Source: an uncultured Nitrospiraceae bacterium | GTDB lineage: Bacteria > Nitrospirota > Thermodesulfovibrionia > Thermodesulfovibrionales > Dissulfurispiraceae | Assembly: GCA_963727805.1 (NCBI GenBank) | Contig: CAVSHF010000005.1 | Coordinates: 32,001-96,000, forward strand | Direction: 5' to 3' | DNA: 64,000 nucleotides | In this document: one piece after another, positions 37,816 to 49,549 of the stretch | How the letters are laid out: every line of letters begins with the position of its first letter | Numbering within the stretch: position 1 is the stretch's first letter | The notes under the pieces: model-generated | Told to the model about the DNA's origin: nothing | Databases searched by the model: none | Seen by the model: only the letters and a program-made list of their open reading frames with translations | Program-made: the position numbers and the translations under genes

Positions 37816-39326
37816 CCCATATAGAGGGCACGTGTCAAGAGAAAAAATATCCCTATCAAGAAAATCCTTCTTGTTTTTTTGTTTCAGTTATCATCGTCTA
37901 TCACCAGTGCCGTTTTTTCTTTAAATAGTGTGTCAGCCTTCACTGCACCACGCACCCATCAGGATTAAGGTAATGCCCCAAAACATGTACTGCAAGGCAA
38001 AACCCTTTCCGCTCATATGCGGACCAGAAAACCTTCGGTACCGGGCCGGGTCCATTTGTTATATCTCAGATTGCATGGTTATTAACCAACCCTCACTGGC
38101 TCCCGACGCGGACAGTAAAGACGTCGATAACTTTTATGTTACTGCAGGGGACGGGTTCCAATCAGGTGCTTGGCTTATTTCCAACTACTCAGTAGGTTCA
38201 TCGTCCCCTCCAGGTCCTTATTGAAATGCTTTATCCGGCATAAATATAACCCCATCCCTCATTATGTAATACGCAGCTCGGGTCAACTTGTGCGCCAGAG
38301 CGTTATGTGCAATAGGAGCGTTTGTTTGTTTCAGCTTGCGCTGATAATATTTTTGTGCTTCGGCATCGTGGAACCGTGCATGGTCTGAAGCTTCAGAAAA
38401 CGCCCATGCCAGATACTTATTGCCGTTCTTCCTGTTGCCGGTCCCTTTCTTTTTGTCATTACTAAACCTTCCTGCTGGGACTTTCCTGCAATATGAAGCG
38501 TAGTTACCCACAGTCCGGAATCGTTCGATAGAACCAGTTTCTAACATGATAGTAGATGCGAGGATCTTGCCTACCCCAGGCATGCTTAGAAGACGGTCAT
38601 AGGGATGACTTAAATGTATCCTTCCATCAATGATGTCCTCCATCGCCTTGATCTGTCTGGTCATGAAGTCTATAGTTTCCTTGCTCACTTTACCCGCCAG
38701 TGCAAGATCCTCGTTGTCAGCAAACAGAGGACTTACTCTGTCCGTCATCAGAAACTTCACATCGTTTGACTTCAGTCTACTGCCCAGGTTCCGTGCCACA
38801 ATGTTCTGCAGGCTTACGATGAGAGATGTCCTCAGTTTTACTAAATGTCCTCTCTTCCTCAACAGATCCCTTATCGGCCGTTCTTCTTTTGGGTAAATGT
38901 ACCCCTTAGGCAATATGCACAATCGAAGCATCTCGGCAAGCCAGAAGGCATCATGTTTGTCAGTAGAGTATTTCAGTCCAGCGTATTGCTGAGCTTTCAT
39001 TACGTTGGCTAGATGCACCTGGTATCCCTCCTCCTTAAGTAGATCAACTAAAAAGTACCAGTTGTATGTCGACTCTACAACAATCCCTTCAATGTCACCT
39101 TTGTATGGCCTGAGCGTTTCCTTGATTGTTGCCGGTTCATTAAGGATCTTCTTCTTGAAAATCCTCTTTCCAGTTTCATCGATGATTCCCACATACGAGT
39201 TGTTTGAATGTAAATCAAAACCTGCGTATAATCCCATACGGCACCTCCTAAAGGTTAAGATTGGCGTCTTGCCTTTGAGCATATCAATATATGATATGCT
39301 CGGGAGGTGCCCTTTATATGATTATC
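37816..39326 (-). mobile_element. IS1111-type IS110 element
   Basis: IR ATATAGAGGGCAC / GTGCCCTTTATAT + GATTATC. Confidence 0.82.
38218..39237 (-). CDS. IS110-family transposase (paralog of 23893..24912)
   Basis: GFDLH, VESTYNWY, TDKHDAF, NRKNGN. Confidence 0.93.
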   Translation of the reverse strand: MGLYAGFDLHSNNSYVGIIDETGKRIFKKKILNEPATIKETLRPYKGDIEGIVVESTYNWYFLVDLLKEEGYQVHLANVMKAQQYAGLKYSTDKHDAFWLAEMLRLCILPKGYIYPKEERPIRDLLRKRGHLVKLRTSLIVSLQNIVARNLGSRLKSNDVKFLMTDRVSPLFADNEDLALAGKVSKETIDFMTRQIKAMEDIIDGRIHLSHPYDRLLSMPGVGKILASTIMLETGSIERFRTVGNYASYCRKVPAGRFSNDKKKGTGNRKNGNKYLAWAFSEASDHARFHDAEAQKYYQRKLKQTNAPIAHNALAHKLTRAAYYIMRDGVIFMPDKAFQ

Positions 39327-39709
39327 AGGTGTATCAATCATCCGGAAGGTGTTAACCGCCACTGATAGTTACTTGGTAGAGTTATGAGCGGACCCCTGAT
39401 GATTATCACTTATACACCGCAGGTTAATTAGAATACCTGTATGTGGTTGTTATTGTGAAAATTTAACATCAGCTGTTCACGTTAGTCTTTAAAGACCTGT
39501 TGGTGCAGTTAGCAGCTTCAGAGCAAATAAGCCATTGGTACTAGCCAAGTAATAGAGTAATTAACAGACTGTATAGTTTTTGTATACCAGACAGGAACAA
39601 ACACGGGATAACACCGTGCAAGATGTTATCCCGTGAGTTTCAGATTATCAAGCAATATCAAACATTATCTACCAGCGGATGAAACACAGTATCTCCTTGA
39701 AAATACATA

Positions 39710-39749
39710 GCATTCAAGAGGTCGACGGTTCGATCCCATTCAGCTCCAC
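39710..39749 (+). other. tRNA-Ala 3'-half remnant (att core) 1
   Basis: GCATTCAAGAGGTCGACGGTTCGATCCCATTCAGCTCCAC; no 5' half. Confidence 0.8.
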
Positions 39750-39809
39750 TCTAGGATCTCTTTTATTCTCAATACTTTTGCTTGCCATTGAAATTCTCGC
39801 CCTTACCCG

Positions 39810-40300
39810 ATGACTGCTTGACTGTATAGTTTTTGTATAGTTGGCCCTTCGTTCAAAGTTATATCGAGCATATCATCCGCCTATGTCATATGCGCCGCCG
39901 CATGATGAGCATACTAAGAATCATTTTGATATCCTTATGCCCCAAGAGTTCCTTTACTGTGGTATTTTTTACTCCCGCCATAGCCAAATGAGAAGCAAAC
40001 GTATGCCTCAAGTCTTGAAATTGAAAAATCTGTAATGCCTGCTTTCCTGCAAGCCGTGTGAACGTTCCGCTTCATGTCTTGATAGGGGTTACCTGTTGCA
40101 TTGTCAAGGAAGAAGTAAGGAATATCAGGCTGCCGTGTGACGCAATCGCTTGTTTTTTCCAGGAAGCATTTTTACTGTCCTGATACGCTTCAGGATTTCC
40201 TCTTCCGCCATATCCCATTCAACTGCCTTCGTGAACATATGGGAAATTCTCAATCTTTGGTGTCCACTTTTTATTAGCGCACCTCACCATTTACACGTTG
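39810..40300 (-). pseudogene. Degraded tyrosine integrase
   Basis: Manual translation: MFTKAVEW...ACRKAGI.D..DLRHTFASHLAMAG.....VKELLGH.DI.M..YAH, with frameshifts and deletions. Confidence 0.85.
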
Positions 40301-40312
40301 AAATTCTTCTTC

Positions 40313-40660
40313 TCAATCTGACTTCTTTATTACGACCGTCTTTGAACTTAATCCAAGTTCAGCATTTGCCCGCGCTTGCTCTATGCCATTGACTAGTCGT
40401 TCAATCCTGCCTCCGCTTCCAATCTTATCTATTTTCTTCTTGGCTTCAGATCCTGCTTGCCGCTCTCGCATATCTCTGTCCTTCTGAATGATCGCTCGGT
40501 TATATTCTCGATTTTTTTCATCATCCTTTGATGTATAGTTTTTTAAATCCGCATTGGTAAATACTTTGCCGCCGACATCAGCAGCCCAAGATTGGGTGAT
40601 ACTTACTATAATTATCGCCACAATCGCTAGACTAATAATAGCTTTTCTCTTGTGTTTCAT
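40313..40660 (-). CDS. Small secreted hypothetical protein
   Basis: Signal peptide ending in SWAA; KVFTN.DL motif. Confidence 0.65.
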   Translation of the reverse strand: MKHKRKAIISLAIVAIIIVSITQSWAADVGGKVFTNADLKNYTSKDDEKNREYNRAIIQKDRDMRERQAGSEAKKKIDKIGSGGRIERLVNGIEQARANAELGLSSKTVVIKKSD

Positions 40661-40859
40661 GATCTCACCATTACTCGCAATATGTTATCACAATATACAT
40701 TCTATCGCAATTAAATCAACCCATGCAGTTTCTATGCAGTTCGTATCTGAAAAGATATGCAAGAAAAGCATATCATCTATTCTTTGTTATACGATCCCAG
40801 GTAAGTATTTGCACGGATTTGAAAGGATATAACATGTAACTTGACTGACTACAGCATAC

Positions 40860-40902
40860 ATGGCATTCAAGCGGTCGACAGTTCGATTCCGTTCAGCTCC
40901 AC
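40860..40902 (+). other. tRNA-Ala(GGC) 3'-half remnant 2
   Basis: ATGGCATTCAAGCGGTCGACAGTTCGATTCCGTTCAGCTCCAC. Confidence 0.8.
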
Positions 40903-41454
40903 TTTCCAAAATGGCAACATACAAATTCTCGGCTCTCCGGGCCTCTTCCTATTGTCTGGCTCATTGCTGTCAGGGCTGCTGGGTGACAGCTCTCAGGCGT
41001 TAAGCTAAATGGTGGAAGTCTCTTCAGCATTTGTTCTTAATGCCTTATACATCATTGTAGTGCCACTAAAGGAAAACATTTCTTCAATGAAAAAGGATCA
41101 TTCAGAAGATCCTCTTTTTTTCAACAGCTCGGCGAGCTTGCTTTTAGCCCTTTTCAATTCTTCAGGAGGCATTTTTATTTTCCTGATGGCGGCATCGATT
41201 AGGGCAATCGCTGCCTTCAGCTCACGATTCAAGTTATCCATACTCATAGTTTTATTATAATTAGAAATGCGTCCAACCCATAATCGTGAAATTTATAATA
41301 TTTTCCCTTCATGTTCTATGCAGTAAATATGCAGTTCGTATCTGAAAAGATATGAAAGGAATGCACATCGTCTATTCTGTTTGGCAATGAGAGATGAAAG
41401 GATTTACAAAGATTTGAAAGAATATGGAAGGTAACTTGACTGATTAAAGCATAC

Positions 41455-41497
41455 ATGGCATTCAAGAGGTCGACGGTTCGATCCCGTTCAGCTCCAC
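41455..41497 (+). other. tRNA-Ala(GGC) 3'-half remnant 3
   Basis: ATGGCATTCAAGAGGTCGACGGTTCGATCCCGTTCAGCTCCAC, beginning at the anticodon loop. Confidence 0.85.
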
Positions 41498-41874
41498 TTT
41501 TGAAATCAATAAGTCATGCCATACCATGATTGCCATGAAAAATATGTCTGCTAAACTGGCGGATGTCCATCATAACTAAGGTGCCAGGATTGTTTATTGC
41601 AGCTAAAACATTCAACAAACCAAAGATAGCAAGTCTTATTGTTAGACGAATCAACTATTGAATGCCCGACGATTTGATACTGCACATTTCTTCGATTACA
41701 GAATGGACAATCATAAACATGTGTATCCCTGGAATTTTTTTCATCCAAATGAGACATGTCCTGCATCTTGAATCCTCTCCACCATCTTCTTTTGCACCTG
41801 ACAATAATTATATGAGCTGGCTATTTCTTATATTCATGCTAATACTATTTTACAGCACCCATCCTTCGAAAACA

Positions 41875-42052
41875 ATAAAGCTCCGCGGGCTGAAGCCCAC
41901 GGATTCTAGGGCATAATCGGAGACGGAATGGCCCTAACCGCGCCATTCCATCTCCGACTTAAAAGCCTCCGCTACGCAGGTGAAGACTTGCTCCGCTCCG
42001 GGCAGCCCTTTCATCCCCAGGTTTAACAACCTGGGGTTTTCTGGCAGTTTTG
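41875..42052 (-). mobile_element. Non-autonomous IS200/IS605-type element (~180 bp)
   Basis: End hairpins CCGCGGGCTGAAGCCCACGG and CCCCAGGTTTAACAACCTGGGG preceded by TTCAT; same layout as 9870-11736. Confidence 0.65.
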
Positions 42053-42662
42053 ATAAAATCAGAGACCTGATCATTGAACGAATCACACACAAACTACTCA
42101 TGCAATAGTGAGAATATTCTTTAGCGAGATAATCTCAGCATAGATGCGAGAAGCGAAACCCTTGAATCATAATCAGTAAAGTGGGGTGCATCCTGGGGAG
42201 CAAGAACAAGGTTAATTGTCTTCGCCTGAGAATGTTTTGACCCGTCTATATGCCGAATATCAGACTTGATGAGTTCCAATACTCTCCTGATTATCAAAAG
42301 GAATCCTCATGGGTTGAGCAGCCGTTCGTCTTAAAGTTTTCAGGCAGTACTATTGCAAAAAAACCTTTTTCCCAGCTGCGGATAGCAAATTTTGGCAACA
42401 CTCTGAATCGGGTGGATCTTGATCAGATAGTTACACTAATCCGCCCTTGGTTTACCTCCCGAAGATTTCACATAGTATGGTAAGGTGTTTTCAGAGAGTA
42501 AGACGCCTATACTGTTACTCCCTAAAAAGTTGTTATTTAGGAATATAGGCGTTCAATCCTATGGTCAGCGGCTTACCGGAGTGCGAATTCCGGTGATGGC
42601 GAACAGTCGTACCGGAGGATGGCGAACACTTGTGAAACATAGCGAAGCCGTACCAAAACATC

Positions 42663-43412
42663 TTACGAAGAGCGTTCGCCTTTCGTCAAGTTTGTCTTAG
42701 TTTTTCTCATCGATTCCCCCTTCAAAGCTATCTTGTGTGAGTTATGGACGATCCTGTCGAGTATGGCGTCGGCTTTTGTAGGCTCTCCGATGCGATCATG
42801 CCATTTGGCGACGGGATACTGGCTGGTAATGATTGTCGCCTTCAGTCCGTATCTGTCTTCCATGACTTCCAGGAAGTGGCCGCGCTCATCTTCGGTCAGT
42901 GGGTCCACGGCCTAGTCGTCAATGACGAGGAGGTCCGTCTTTGCAAGTCTTCCGAGGACCTTGAAGAAACTGCCGTCAGCTTTTGCGATCCTCAGTTCCT
43001 CAAAGAGTCTTGTTGACCGGTATTGTACAGCAGTGAATCCTTCTCGGCAGGCTTTGTTTGCAAATGCCTCAGCAAGGTAAGTCTTGCCGATGCCGGTCGG
43101 CCCGGTGATGATCACGTTATGGTGAGAAGAGATCCACTGACAAGAAGCCAGGGATCTGACGACCGACTTGTCCAATCCCCTGGGGTGCTGATAGTCGATA
43201 TCTTCGATAGTGGCATTGGTCCTCAGGCGTGCCGACTTGAGTCTTCTGGTGAGTTTTCTGTCTTCCCTGGAAGTCCACTCCCGGTCTATGATCATGGAGA
43301 ATCTGTCCTCAAAGCTCAGTTTGCTAAGGGAAGGATTTTCAAGCTGCTCCTTCACTGCCGTTGCCATTGTGTAGAGCTTCATCTGTGAGAGTTTTTCGAT
43401 AGTGTGATTCAA
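42663..43412 (-). pseudogene. istB: IstB ATPase with an in-frame TAG at 42912-42914
   Basis: GPTGIGKT, LLVIDD*AVDPL, ADAILDR. Confidence 0.88.
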
Positions 43413-43607
43413 CGCTGTCTCCTCCTTATAGTATGTTTGTGGGGTATACTTACCCCTTGGTCGATGCCTCTTAGTCGATTATTGGCTGTCCCATAGAGCC
43501 GATTTTCAACTGAAGTACTCTTTACCGCGGATATTGTCATGATATAAGGGCGGGGTCACCTCCTTTTGTTCGGTGATCGGAGTACGGTCGAATCCGGTTT
43601 CAAGCAT

Positions 43608-45044
43608 CTACTTGACGCTCTTGTATGAATAAGCCTTGATATGGACCGCCCGCATAGAGGCTGCTTCCAGTCTCTCCGGCGAGTACTTCTTGCCGAGTCT
43701 CAACAGGCCTATGCAGGATTTGAATCCCTGCTCCGGATGCGGTCGCGTCGTCAGGATGGTCTCGACAAGCTTTGCTGTGGCAGCGCCGGTCTGCTCCGCC
43801 CAGTGGATGATCCTCGATGGAGTCCACTCAAGATGCTTCTGATGCGCTTTCGGCATGTGCTCAGCAATGGTCGTATATCCTCTTGCTTTGAAGCTGCGTT
43901 GATGAGTCACAATGCGATTGTTATTGTGGAAGATCTCCACCGTATCGACAGTGAGGAAGGCTTCTAACTTTTTGCCACGAAGCTGGTAAGGAACGCTGTA
44001 GTAATGATCCGCTACGTCGACGTGGTAATCGATGTTAACCGTTGGCCGCTTGAAGTCGATGTATCGATACCGCTCAACGGGCAAAGGCTTAAGATACGGC
44101 CTCTCAAGGGTCTCAAAGAGTTCTCTGCGGGTACTGTTTAGTTTCCTGAACTTCCGGGTATTCAAGCGTTCCAGAAGTTCCCTGATGCTGGCATTAAGCT
44201 CCTCGATACTGAAGAATGTGTGATTCCTCAATGCCGCAATGATCCATCGGGTGACCAGCAATACTCCGGCTTCCACCTTTGCCTTATCTTTTGGTTTATA
44301 CGGACGTGCAGGGATAATGGCGGTACCGTAGTGCTGCGCCAGACTCAGATATACGGGGTTGAGGTCGGGTTCGTATCGGCAGGACTTCGATACGGCTGCT
44401 CGGATATTGTCCGGGACAAGGATTTGGCTCACACCGTGAAAGTATTCAAAAGCATTGATGTGAGCCTTGATCCAGAAGGGGAGACTCTGCGATGGGAGCG
44501 CTTCGACATAGGTATAGTTGCTTGCTCCAAGGACTGCCACAAAGATCTGAGCTTCGGTGCTCTCGCCTGTGAAAGAGTCGACGATGGGTATCCCTTTGCC
44601 GGCAAAGTCGATGAACATCTTCTCGCCGGCGCGATGCTCCTGCCGTAAACTTATCTCAAGGTTTTTCTCCCAGCGGTGATAATGCTCGCAGAACTGCGTA
44701 AACTGATACCCCTCAGGATGCCGTTCTTTATATTCGAGCCACAACAGTTGAAGGGTGACGCCCTTTTTGCGAAGCTCGCGATGAATCTCCTCCATTGGGG
44801 GCAGCGGACGAAGGGCTGTCTTCCGACTACTGCGTTCACTGAGCATAGCTTCAAGCTTTGCGTCATCAAGGTCCTCAGGAAGTGGCCATGAAATGCCCTT
44901 ATCCTGGGCCTTCTGGACATAATCTACTACTGTGCTCGGCGACACTTTGCAGGACCGGCTTATTTGTCGTTTGCCAAGATGCAGCCCATAATACAGTCTT
45001 AAGATTTCTCTAACCATCCGCATGGATATACCCCTATTAGCCAT
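43608..45044 (-). CDS. istA: IstA transposase, apparently truncated by a TAG
   Basis: GEKMFIDFAG, VPDN, KPKDKAKVE; the conserved tail HDNIRG.EY lies beyond the stop. Confidence 0.88.
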   Translation of the reverse strand: MANRGISMRMVREILRLYYGLHLGKRQISRSCKVSPSTVVDYVQKAQDKGISWPLPEDLDDAKLEAMLSERSSRKTALRPLPPMEEIHRELRKKGVTLQLLWLEYKERHPEGYQFTQFCEHYHRWEKNLEISLRQEHRAGEKMFIDFAGKGIPIVDSFTGESTEAQIFVAVLGASNYTYVEALPSQSLPFWIKAHINAFEYFHGVSQILVPDNIRAAVSKSCRYEPDLNPVYLSLAQHYGTAIIPARPYKPKDKAKVEAGVLLVTRWIIAALRNHTFFSIEELNASIRELLERLNTRKFRKLNSTRRELFETLERPYLKPLPVERYRYIDFKRPTVNIDYHVDVADHYYSVPYQLRGKKLEAFLTVDTVEIFHNNNRIVTHQRSFKARGYTTIAEHMPKAHQKHLEWTPSRIIHWAEQTGAATAKLVETILTTRPHPEQGFKSCIGLLRLGKKYSPERLEAASMRAVHIKAYSYKSVK

Positions 45045-45571
45045 CGCTTCTCCTTCGTCAAAGTTCGTAGAAGAAGGACAATGGCGTATTTGTGTGGAAT
45101 TTATCCAGCTTCGGCTATGTTTATTTCGTCAGGTAGTCTGAACACTTCTATTTCGGTCTCATGGCGAACACCTATATCGGGATTACCCAAAAGTGTTCGC
45201 CATGACTCCGATATCAGTGTTCGCGTTCAGACCGAAACAGGTGTTCGCTTTGCTCCGAAATGAGTGTTCGGCATGGTCCGAAATTCGCACCGGAGACCAT
45301 ACAGTCGGTACGCATATTGCCACACGTACTGGCTACGACAAGTGTCTTCCCGGATGCGCTCGGTTTTGGATCCTCCAAATCACATGTGATTATCAGTTTC
45401 TTTCCTTCTACTTTCGCTTCAATTGCCATTTTCACTCCCTCCTGCGTTAGGCGCCCCTGTTCATTCACATTATGTTCAATAATAATATGGTCAGAAAGTC
45501 ACTCGCTTCTATCAGTTTTCAGGCTCACCCCGTAATAAGCCGCGCCCACGCGGTGAACGCAAAAACAACTT

Positions 45572-46378
45572 TCAGTAATTTACCGGTATACGCATTACAT
45601 ACTGGTAAGGTGGTGTCTCGTAACCGATCAGTGCTGGATTCAGATCTCTTATTGCATTGACCGTAGTGCTATAAAGCCTGGCTATTTTCCCCAGACGGAT
45701 ACGCTTCAGTGTGATTACTTCTTTATAGGTGACAGTTTTGTTTTGAACCGTATTGTCCGATGCAAAACCATACTTCTCAGGTTCCTCTGAGATTGTAAAG
45801 ACGGCGAGCAGGCGAGCAATGTACCGATTGATGACAGCCGGGAACCGTGGTTCGACCGAATTATTTTTCGCGATAATGCGCTTTATTTTCCCTTCACCCG
45901 CATTATAGGCAGCCAGTACGATGTCCCATTCACCGAATATGGCATAAAGGTCTTTTAAATAATCAGCCGCCGCATAAGTCGATTTGACGGGATCCTTTCG
46001 CTCATCGACATAAGCATCCATCCTCAGACCGTACCTCGCTGCCGTGCCTTTCATGAATTGCCAGAGTCCGACTGCATCTCTAGGCCCCACCGAAACAGGC
46101 GAAAAGCCGCTCTCGATGAAGGGGAGATATGCCATTTCATGGGGAATCTCTTTTTTGCCGAATATCGTCTTGATGAAATCGATATACCTGAAGGAATTGT
46201 TGCGCCGTTGCTCGAATTCACTAGGTATCTTACTGGTGAAAAATTCCACGGCGCGTTCGTACATTCCACTGATATGTTCTTTCTCGCTGATTTCCTGAAA
46301 CATCTCGCCGGAAATGCCGGTAACCGGCAGCCCTAAAAGAAAAATTAGCAATGTTGCGGACATGACTATCTTAATCAT
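45572..46378 (-). CDS. Lytic transglycosylase (MltD-like SLT + LysM-like)
   Basis: IESGF, AVGLWQFM, DERKDP, AAYNAGEG. Confidence 0.9.
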   Translation of the reverse strand: MIKIVMSATLLIFLLGLPVTGISGEMFQEISEKEHISGMYERAVEFFTSKIPSEFEQRRNNSFRYIDFIKTIFGKKEIPHEMAYLPFIESGFSPVSVGPRDAVGLWQFMKGTAARYGLRMDAYVDERKDPVKSTYAAADYLKDLYAIFGEWDIVLAAYNAGEGKIKRIIAKNNSVEPRFPAVINRYIARLLAVFTISEEPEKYGFASDNTVQNKTVTYKEVITLKRIRLGKIARLYSTTVNAIRDLNPALIGYETPPYQYVMRIPVNY

Positions 46379-46928
46379 ATTTCACGACCTCTTAGTAAGG
46401 TTATCACTGGAATTGAAAAGGGGTTTGGGCAGATTGCTTCTTTATGTGAATTTACGTTTGATGTATTAATATAACACTTTTGGGGTCTGGAATGATAGTC
46501 GCACGTACACTCCCCCCCCTGACTCCGACCGTCGATGTGCATGATCCTTGCATGAATATCAGGTAGACTTGATTATAATAGATTGAAGATTTGACGTAAA
46601 TCATAAGTTGTACTCTTCACTTATTAGCAGCATATCAGCGATGTGGCAAGGAAGGAATATTGCAGAAAGACGCTTTTGCCAGACCCTTCAGCTTTCGTCC
46701 CGTACTATGCAAACTATGCAAAAAGTTTTGGGCCTGCCGGAAAGGTGTTCATTTGCAACAGTACTCTGTAAGAAAAGCGGGGTGTCGGAAGAATGCTATG
46801 TCTGTAATCTTCCACTCTCGTGAACGTGAAAATAGGCAAGCTCTCTTTGGTAAACGCAAATCTGTAGATAATTTGTCTTAATATCTCATTTACTGGACTA
46901 TACCAGGCTGGCTGCAGTATATTTCCCC

Positions 46929-47291
46929 TTAAAACATCCTCCTAATCGTTGATACCAAATGATCAGGTGCGCTTTCTTTGGTCAGATATCCAGAAGCTCC
47001 CGCCTTAAGCGCCTTATCAGCATACTGTTCCGGGGCATGCGTGCTTAAAATGAGGACTGGAAGGGACGAAAAACTTTGTTTCAACTCCTTTAGTACCTCA
47101 AACCCGCTTTTTCTAGGCATTGTAATGTCTAACAAAAGTAGGTCATATGTCTGTTTTGATAGCATATCGATTACTTCCTGCCCATCACAGGCTTCTCCCG
47201 TCACAACCATATCGGGTTGCTTATTGACTATCGATCTAAGCCCGTGACGAACAATCTTATGGTCATCAGCGATAAGTATTCGCAGCATCAT
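46929..47291 (-). CDS. Receiver-only response regulator (NarL-type REC)
   Basis: ADDH, LLDITMP, GYLTK; no HTH. Confidence 0.85.
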   Translation of the reverse strand: MMLRILIADDHKIVRHGLRSIVNKQPDMVVTGEACDGQEVIDMLSKQTYDLLLLDITMPRKSGFEVLKELKQSFSSLPVLILSTHAPEQYADKALKAGASGYLTKESAPDHLVSTIRRMF

Positions 47292-47826
47292 GCCTCCGTT
47301 AATCAAATACTGTTAGCTATAGTGTATTCACATGTGAGTGATAAATGAAGTGGTTTTTCTCTGATTCTAGTGTAGGTGATTGGCTTACAAACGAATTTGT
47401 ATCGGAATAACGAAGCAATACCCCAACGTCAATTTGCTCAGCTAAGACAGAAATAAAGCGGATCGCAATTGAAATGCTGGCTTACCCAATTGTTTGTTTC
47501 ATCGTGCATAACTCACGTTTCTGGGCTAAGCTGCAGCAGGATTTGGAGTTGCAGATGTGAACATTCTTCAATAGTTCGTTCAAGGGAGACACTCTACGAG
47601 GAAGCGTTTTCAATATTTCTGCTGACTAAAACGACGGTCATCCTCCGGACAGAATTTACCGGATCTCTTGACTGTAACCTTTTTGCTCTCTATACCGTCT
47701 ATAATTTATGCTCAATATAGTGTGACTAGGTAGCTCATAAATTCAATGCTTATTATATTCAGCAACATTTGAGTATGGAAATGATATTCATCTATCGAGA
47801 GTAAAGATCTCATAAGGAGGAAATCA

Positions 47827-48075
47827 ATGACAAATATGGTAACTGCTTTAATCTCTCTATCACTTTTATCAGTATACATCCTTGCTGTCTCTATGCCGAT
47901 ACAAGGTAAGACCTTGAGACAATTAAATCATACAGGGGAGATTGATACTAAAAAGCTGAAAGGGGAAAGGCATTCATCAAGGGCAAGCCATTGGATCATT
48001 GGCACCGTCATTTTAGTCTTAACGGGATATGCCGTTCAAACAGTAAGTTCTTTGCTCCACTTACTGTTCTTGTGA
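47827..48075 (+). CDS. Small membrane protein
   Basis: RBS AAGGAGG; 2 TM segments. Confidence 0.55.
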   Translation: MTNMVTALISLSLLSVYILAVSMPIQGKTLRQLNHTGEIDTKKLKGERHSSRASHWIIGTVILVLTGYAVQTVSSLLHLLFL

Positions 48076-48624
48076 TCATACGAATATACAATATGATCGC
48101 AGGAATTTCTGTATCATAATTTATATTACTCTCTTTATATCACATGTATTGGTAGGAGGAAGAACTGTTGCAGCAAGCCCGGCTTTCACAACCAATGCAG
48201 TTCCGCCGGACTATGCAGATGATCATTTTGAGGCGAGAACAACCAATCCTCGCGAATTGCATCTCCTGCCACGCCATATCTGTCTTCCTTAATATTATCT
48301 TAGTATTACTCTTTTTTTATAGTTAGGCCTATGATCAAGCATAAGACACATTGGTAACAACGCTCGTGACGTGTAGTCATCTTAGTAAGCCGACTCCGAA
48401 TATTGTTGCTCACTCAACTTCACAGTCACAGTCAAGATCGGCACCGTTAAGAGAAGCACAACCGCCATCGATACCGGTCCGTAGATGACCGTTGCAAAGC
48501 CATGCACGAACCGGATAACAATCGGCAGGTTATCGCGATAGGCAAAAGGCATGGGAGACCCTTGCGAAGAAACCCGCTGAACAGAGCATTGCAAAACGTG
48601 TGAGGATATTGTGGATCGCGTCTT

Positions 48625-49470
48625 TTACTTGGATGCCTTAGCCACCAAAACCGCGCAGTGTGCGAGTCCTATGACCTTCTCCGTCGAGCTTCCCATAAGA
48701 ATTTTATCGAGTCCGGTCTTACCGTAGGTGCCCATGACAATCAGGTCAACCCCTCTGCCGCCCGCCACCTCAACAATGGCCTCGTATGATCTTCCGTGAG
48801 GAGTCAACGACTCAACTGGTACGCCTTCTTTTTGTGCCATTGACACAATTTTAGCAACATTGGCCTTTGCTTCTGCCAGTTCATCATCTGACCGAACTGC
48901 ACAAAGAGCAACAAGCGAGCTCCCACAGCGCTTTGCGATGCCGATACCGTCGGCAGCTGCCGCTTCACTGTATTTCGATCCATCGGTAGCAACCAGAATG
49001 TTCTGGTACGCTATTATCGCCTCTTTGGGAACGACCAACACTTTACAGGGAGCACTCTTTATGACTTTCGCCACAACTTCTCCCATCATCAGTTTCATAA
49101 GTCCTTTCGCACCCCGCTTGCCCATAATTATCATATCGACTTGTCTGCCCTCCGCCTCCTCAACAATACATTTGTCCGGCGAGTTGTCCGAGCAAATGAA
49201 AGTTTCGCAAGGAACCCCCTCTCTCTGTGCTCGCAGTTTAATCGATGCCAGATGCTGGATTCTCTCCTGCTCTTCCAATTCGATATGCTTTTGCGCAATG
49301 GATTCGTACTCAACATCCATCTCGATTACCGTCATAGCATAGAGAGTACTCGAACACTTCCATGCAAAACTTATTGCCTCTCGTATAGCACCCTCGCTGT
49401 ATTGCGTTCCGTCTGTAGCCAGAAGCAGTTTCTCAGCTTTTCCAACCGGACAATATGTAGCTCCGCTCAT
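48625..49470 (-). CDS. Tandem-domain universal stress protein
   Basis: Two ATDG...S / D.I.MG..G / G.....VI..A.C.VLV units. Confidence 0.93.
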   Translation of the reverse strand: MSGATYCPVGKAEKLLLATDGTQYSEGAIREAISFAWKCSSTLYAMTVIEMDVEYESIAQKHIELEEQERIQHLASIKLRAQREGVPCETFICSDNSPDKCIVEEAEGRQVDMIIMGKRGAKGLMKLMMGEVVAKVIKSAPCKVLVVPKEAIIAYQNILVATDGSKYSEAAAADGIGIAKRCGSSLVALCAVRSDDELAEAKANVAKIVSMAQKEGVPVESLTPHGRSYEAIVEVAGGRGVDLIVMGTYGKTGLDKILMGSSTEKVIGLAHCAVLVAKASK

Positions 49471-49549
49471 TTTGTTTCTCCTTTTTGTTCATTAAAGTTT
49501 ATGAACAATGTTCTTCAATCTATCCGTTCACAGCCGCTTGGTTATAAAA

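Larger units (their letters stand above)
42582..45289 (-). mobile_element. IS21-family element (decayed)
   Basis: TGCGAATT...AATTCGCA ends, 6-bp duplication CCGGAG, repeated subterminal GTGTTCG motifs. Confidence 0.92.
42533..45429 (-). pseudogene. Small conserved protein split by IS21
   Basis: MAIEAKVEGKKL...PSASGKTLVVAST.GN...VS|GKPLTIGLNAYIPK*. Confidence 0.85.

Noticed and set aside
39710..41497. Functional tRNA genes
   Set aside because: The 5' halves (acceptor 5' strand and D arm) are absent.
48382..48594. Short ORF
   Set aside because: Looks like a fragment of an MFS gene (IRFVHGFATVIYGPV), not a complete gene.
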